This document shows, piece after piece, positions 60,572 to 64,000 of a stretch of 64,000 bases of DNA (its first letter is position 1; the number at the start of each line of letters is the position of its first letter). The stretch lies in the NCBI GenBank assembly GCA_963737265.1, contig CAVTRY010000012.1:64001-128000 (forward strand), in the 5' to 3' direction. The notes beneath the pieces were generated by a model. The model worked only from the letters and a program-made list of their open reading frames with translations. It did not search any database and was not told where the DNA came from. Source of the DNA: an uncultured delta proteobacterium (GTDB lineage: Bacteria; Myxococcota_A; Polyangia; Fen-1088). The translations under genes and the position numbers were made by a program.

Positions 60572-61798
60572 ATGGCGAAAGAACCTGTTCTACTGGCGGC
60601 GCTGCTTGCGGCGTCCTGGATAGTGCCTTCGTGCATGCCCGCGCTGCCGAATGGTTCGACAGTGAATTCGCAGGTGGCCACAGCGGGCACAACCCAAGGG
60701 ACTGGCGTGTGCGGCAGCGGTTCGTGGCGGCCCGGCTGGCTCGAGATTCACCACATCGACGCCGGCTTGGGCGTGTCGACCCTGATTGTGAGTCCCGTTG
60801 GCCGCACCATGCTCATCGACGCCGGCGAGGCCGAATGGGACAAGAGCGACGGCGCCCAGGTGATTGGAGCGTACGTGCGATCGGTGCTCGGTTGCGCGCG
60901 GCTCGACTATGTCGTTATTTCGCATTTCCATTTGGACCATGTCGGCTTTCCCGGCTACGGCGGCATCTGGCATCTCGTGCACCAACAGGGCTTTGCAATT
61001 GGCAAGCTCTTGCACCGCGACCTCAATCGCTACTCTGGCGCCAGCAGTGCCACGTTGTCGCAATGGCGCACCTATTTGCAAAGCGATGACGGGCGCGCTC
61101 TCAATCCCGAAATAGCCACCGTGGGTGAAAGCCAAGTGCAGCTTGGCGAAGGCGTCTTCTTCGCCTTCGTTGCGGTCGACGCCAACGGCACTTTGCCCGC
61201 GGGCGACTTCGCGTCCGATCCGGCACCGCCTGATGAAAACGACTACTCCATCGCCGCGGTACTGCGCATGGGACGACTCGACTATTTCACCGCCGGCGAT
61301 TTGTCGGGCAAGACCATGGTTTCGCAGAAGGGCGGATACTCGTATCACGATCTCGAGACGCCCGTCGCACCGCTGGTGAAAGACGTGGACGTCTATCGCG
61401 TGAGTCACCACGGCAGCAGCTACGCTTCGAACGCCACCTTGCTGGGCGAGATCCATCCCGAGGTCTCTATCATTCAAGTCGGCGATGGCAATCAAGATGG
61501 CCATCCTACCCAAAGCACGGTCGACCACTTGCTGGCGACCTCGGCGCTCTACCTGACCGAGCACGGCGACCCCAGCACGAACCTGCGCTCCGGTAAGGTC
61601 GTGGGCCACGTGGTGCTGCGAACCGCAACCGGCATCGACTACACCGTCAACGGCGACGCATTCCTGGCCAGCGATCCCTGGCGCACGGACAACGACGGCG
61701 ACGGCTACTTCAGCGAAGCCGATCCTGACGACAATTCCGCGACCGTCGTGCCCGCCTTGAACGGCGGCTGCGATGGCGCCTATCAGAGCTGTCCGTGA
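60572..61798 (+). CDS. ComEC/Rec2-like MBL-fold hydrolase lipoprotein
   Basis: LIDAG, SHFHLDH, AGD, SHHGS; C-terminal DNDGDGY motif. Confidence 0.85.
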   Translation: MAKEPVLLAALLAASWIVPSCMPALPNGSTVNSQVATAGTTQGTGVCGSGSWRPGWLEIHHIDAGLGVSTLIVSPVGRTMLIDAGEAEWDKSDGAQVIGAYVRSVLGCARLDYVVISHFHLDHVGFPGYGGIWHLVHQQGFAIGKLLHRDLNRYSGASSATLSQWRTYLQSDDGRALNPEIATVGESQVQLGEGVFFAFVAVDANGTLPAGDFASDPAPPDENDYSIAAVLRMGRLDYFTAGDLSGKTMVSQKGGYSYHDLETPVAPLVKDVDVYRVSHHGSSYASNATLLGEIHPEVSIIQVGDGNQDGHPTQSTVDHLLATSALYLTEHGDPSTNLRSGKVVGHVVLRTATGIDYTVNGDAFLASDPWRTDNDGDGYFSEADPDDNSATVVPALNGGCDGAYQSCP

Positions 61799-61803
61799 GA
61801 AAA

Positions 61804-63318
61804 CTACTTGAGAATCACGCCGTAGCGGTCGAGCACCTCGGCGGTGGCGGAGGAGAGCGCCACTTCGGATTCGTTCTCGTCGACGTTGGCGCGCAGAAGG
61901 CGCGTCTCGGCGTCCTTGAGCTCTTGCTGGCGGAGAAGAACGTCGTTGTTGGTTGCCCGGCCGACCTGGAAGCGCGCTTTCTCCGCGTCGAGATTCTGCT
62001 CCGCGAAGGCGACCTCTTGTTGGCCAAGCTCGACGCGCTTGGCGGCGGTGTGGATGCTCCTGGCCGTGCGCAAGACCAGGTCGCGCACTTGCACGGCGAA
62101 GTCCTCGGCGTCGATGCGCGACAGGTTGAGCTCTTCCTCCGCCGCGCGCATCTGTCCTCGCGCCACTCGGTTTTCAATCGGCATTTCAAATGCGAGCCCG
62201 GCCGACCACGCAAGATCGTCGAATCCTGCCATCTGCCCGAGCGAATCGCGAAGACCTAGCTTGCGCCCGACGGGCCCCGCCGAACCGGTGAAATCGAGCT
62301 TGGGACGCAGCGTACTTCGCGCCGTCGCGATGTCGGCCTGGGAGAGCCGGATGCCAAGCCTCAGCGCTCGCAGTTGCGGATTGGCCTCGATCGCGCGCGC
62401 GATTTCGGCGGCAGGATCGACGTTCGGCGCACTCGACGCAGGCGCGTCGGCAGCCGCCAGCATGGGAAGGGTTACATCCCCCGGCACGCCGAACAGCCGC
62501 TGCAGGTCCAGGCTGCGAAAGTAGAGATTCTGCTCGGCGATGGCCAAGTCTTCCCGGCGCTGAGCGATGGCACGCTCGACCGACGCGGAATCCGTGATGG
62601 CCAGGCGGCCCGCATCGATGAGGGCCTTGGTGATGCGCAACTGTTCTTGCGCAAGCCCCACGGCCGAACGCTTGATGGCGAGATCCTGCGTGGCATAGGC
62701 CAACTCCCAATACGCCACCACGACGTCGCGAACCACGTTGCACGCGCGCATCTGCCGATTGAGCTGCACCACGTCCTGCTGGATGCGCGCTTTGCGCAGG
62801 TTGGCCAGTGTGACCTCAGCCCCAAATCCGCGCAGCAAGGGGTGGGTGAAGCTCAGCGCCAGGTTGCTGGTATAGAAAGATCCGGAATACACCTCCGCGG
62901 TCGGATCCGAAGTGAGCGTCATGGATGCAACTCGACTGGCCAGGCCGGATAGTCTTAGCGTTCCTCCGCTTTCGAGATTGCGCGACAGCCCCAATCCGAA
63001 CGACGTCGTCGTGCTCCTACCGGCAGCCACATCCTCACACTCTGGAAAACTACACAGTGGCGGCGTCACCTCGTGCTTGGTTCCGAGCTCCGAATCGAGC
63101 AGCACATCGAACTGCCCTTCGGCAGCGACCTGGTTGGCGGCGGCTTTCGCGACCGCGACCCGTTCGCGGCGCAGGTCGGCGTTGCCGGCCAAGGCACGCT
63201 CCACGGTTTGCATAAGAGAGATGGGTTTTGCGTCGTCGGCGACTGCTCTCCTCGCAAGGTACATCCAGCAACCGAGCGCCAGCCCAACCACGACGCCAGT
63301 GCGCCTGCCTCGCTTCAT
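61804..63318 (-). CDS. TolC-family outer membrane protein
   Basis: Two OEP repeats (AYWELAY, RFQVGRAT..DVL). Confidence 0.9.
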   Translation of the reverse strand: MKRGRRTGVVVGLALGCWMYLARRAVADDAKPISLMQTVERALAGNADLRRERVAVAKAAANQVAAEGQFDVLLDSELGTKHEVTPPLCSFPECEDVAAGRSTTTSFGLGLSRNLESGGTLRLSGLASRVASMTLTSDPTAEVYSGSFYTSNLALSFTHPLLRGFGAEVTLANLRKARIQQDVVQLNRQMRACNVVRDVVVAYWELAYATQDLAIKRSAVGLAQEQLRITKALIDAGRLAITDSASVERAIAQRREDLAIAEQNLYFRSLDLQRLFGVPGDVTLPMLAAADAPASSAPNVDPAAEIARAIEANPQLRALRLGIRLSQADIATARSTLRPKLDFTGSAGPVGRKLGLRDSLGQMAGFDDLAWSAGLAFEMPIENRVARGQMRAAEEELNLSRIDAEDFAVQVRDLVLRTARSIHTAAKRVELGQQEVAFAEQNLDAEKARFQVGRATNNDVLLRQQELKDAETRLLRANVDENESEVALSSATAEVLDRYGVILK

Positions 63319-63977
63319 CGCAGGGTGTCCCCGCCGTTCAGGATGCCGCGGACGAAGTCCGGACGAAGGTAGAATCCGCACTTTCCAAGCAGAACGGGTT
63401 TCCCGTCGGGACCAAACGCAGGACACAGATCGGCGGAATTTCGCGCCTTCGGCCGCACTTGCATAACTTTGCCAAGGTGCCCCGTGATCTCCGCCGCGCG
63501 TCCCATGCGGAAGTAGTTTCGCACGAAAAGCTCGAAATCCGCGCGCAAGGATCCTTCTTCATCCGGCGACGGCGTCCACAGCCGGACCGCCACCACGCGC
63601 CGCTGGCCCACCGAACGGCTGCCTGCTGGTATTTCGAGAGCGATGAACAGCACGCGCGCCAACTTCGTGCGCACGTAGCTGGTTGGCCAGGACTCGCCCG
63701 CGATGGCGACTGGATCGATGTGGCACACGGCGGTCGATTCCAGCGGAGCCAACCCCTCACGAACTGGCACAGTCTTGAGCTCGATGCCGAGCGCGGCGAA
63801 ATCCGGGCCGTGGGCGGCGCCGTCCCCTGCTCCGAGCTCGCGTTCGATGATCTGACCGGCCCACCCCTTGGTCTTCACCGCGCCCACCGGCACCGGCAGA
63901 CCCAATCCATCGGCAAGCTCGGCCAGTGTGGCTCCGAGCAATGCCCGGGCATGGCGAAGCAGACCCTCGTGGCTCAT
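63315..63977 (-). CDS. mutH: MutH/Sau3AI-family endonuclease
   Basis: KGWAGQIIE..LGA, PDFAALGIELKT, QVRPKA, GFYLR. Confidence 0.88.
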   Translation of the reverse strand: MSHEGLLRHARALLGATLAELADGLGLPVPVGAVKTKGWAGQIIERELGAGDGAAHGPDFAALGIELKTVPVREGLAPLESTAVCHIDPVAIAGESWPTSYVRTKLARVLFIALEIPAGSRSVGQRRVVAVRLWTPSPDEEGSLRADFELFVRNYFRMGRAAEITGHLGKVMQVRPKARNSADLCPAFGPDGKPVLLGKCGFYLRPDFVRGILNGGDTLR

Positions 63978-64000
63978 GGCTGGCGTGTTCGCCAGAGCCC

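Overview
GC-rich bacterial DNA whose gene content (MYXO-CTERM-like VWA protein, PEGA protein, secreted caspase/ECF module, FHA-GGDEF, MutH-like nuclease) points to Myxococcota, probably Polyangia-like (inference). 1-2.1 kb: a nested stack of an IS3 element, an intact ISAs1 with a 10-bp TSD, and a truncated palindromic mini-element. 2.1-13 kb: a cpxP/R/A-like locus, hemerythrin, SRPBCC, polysaccharide deacetylase and an ECF sigma / ZAS anti-sigma / secreted caspase operon. 13-27.5 kb: a roughly 13-kb island of IS91-like, serine-recombinase and IS21 remnants and gene fragments, bounded by a near-identical 969-bp direct repeat. 27.5-64 kb: mostly core genes (lon, recA, cinA, PP2C, xseB, ispA, argD, ampG, tolC, mutH-like). 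Best leads: (a) a 579-bp TIR- and TSD-bounded element whose only gene is a GxxExxY nuclease, itself bracketed by a second inverted repeat; (b) a leaderless Arg-containing leader peptide with classical attenuator geometry upstream of argD; (c) a 168-bp five-hairpin mobile element whose empty site is visible in the duplicated copy; (d) short GCGAAGC-hairpin / G-quadruplex-type insertions that break the IS91-like transposase twice. Several single-base frameshifts in core genes look like sequencing errors. No rRNA, tRNA or CRISPR array was found. All family calls come from motif recognition, not database searches.
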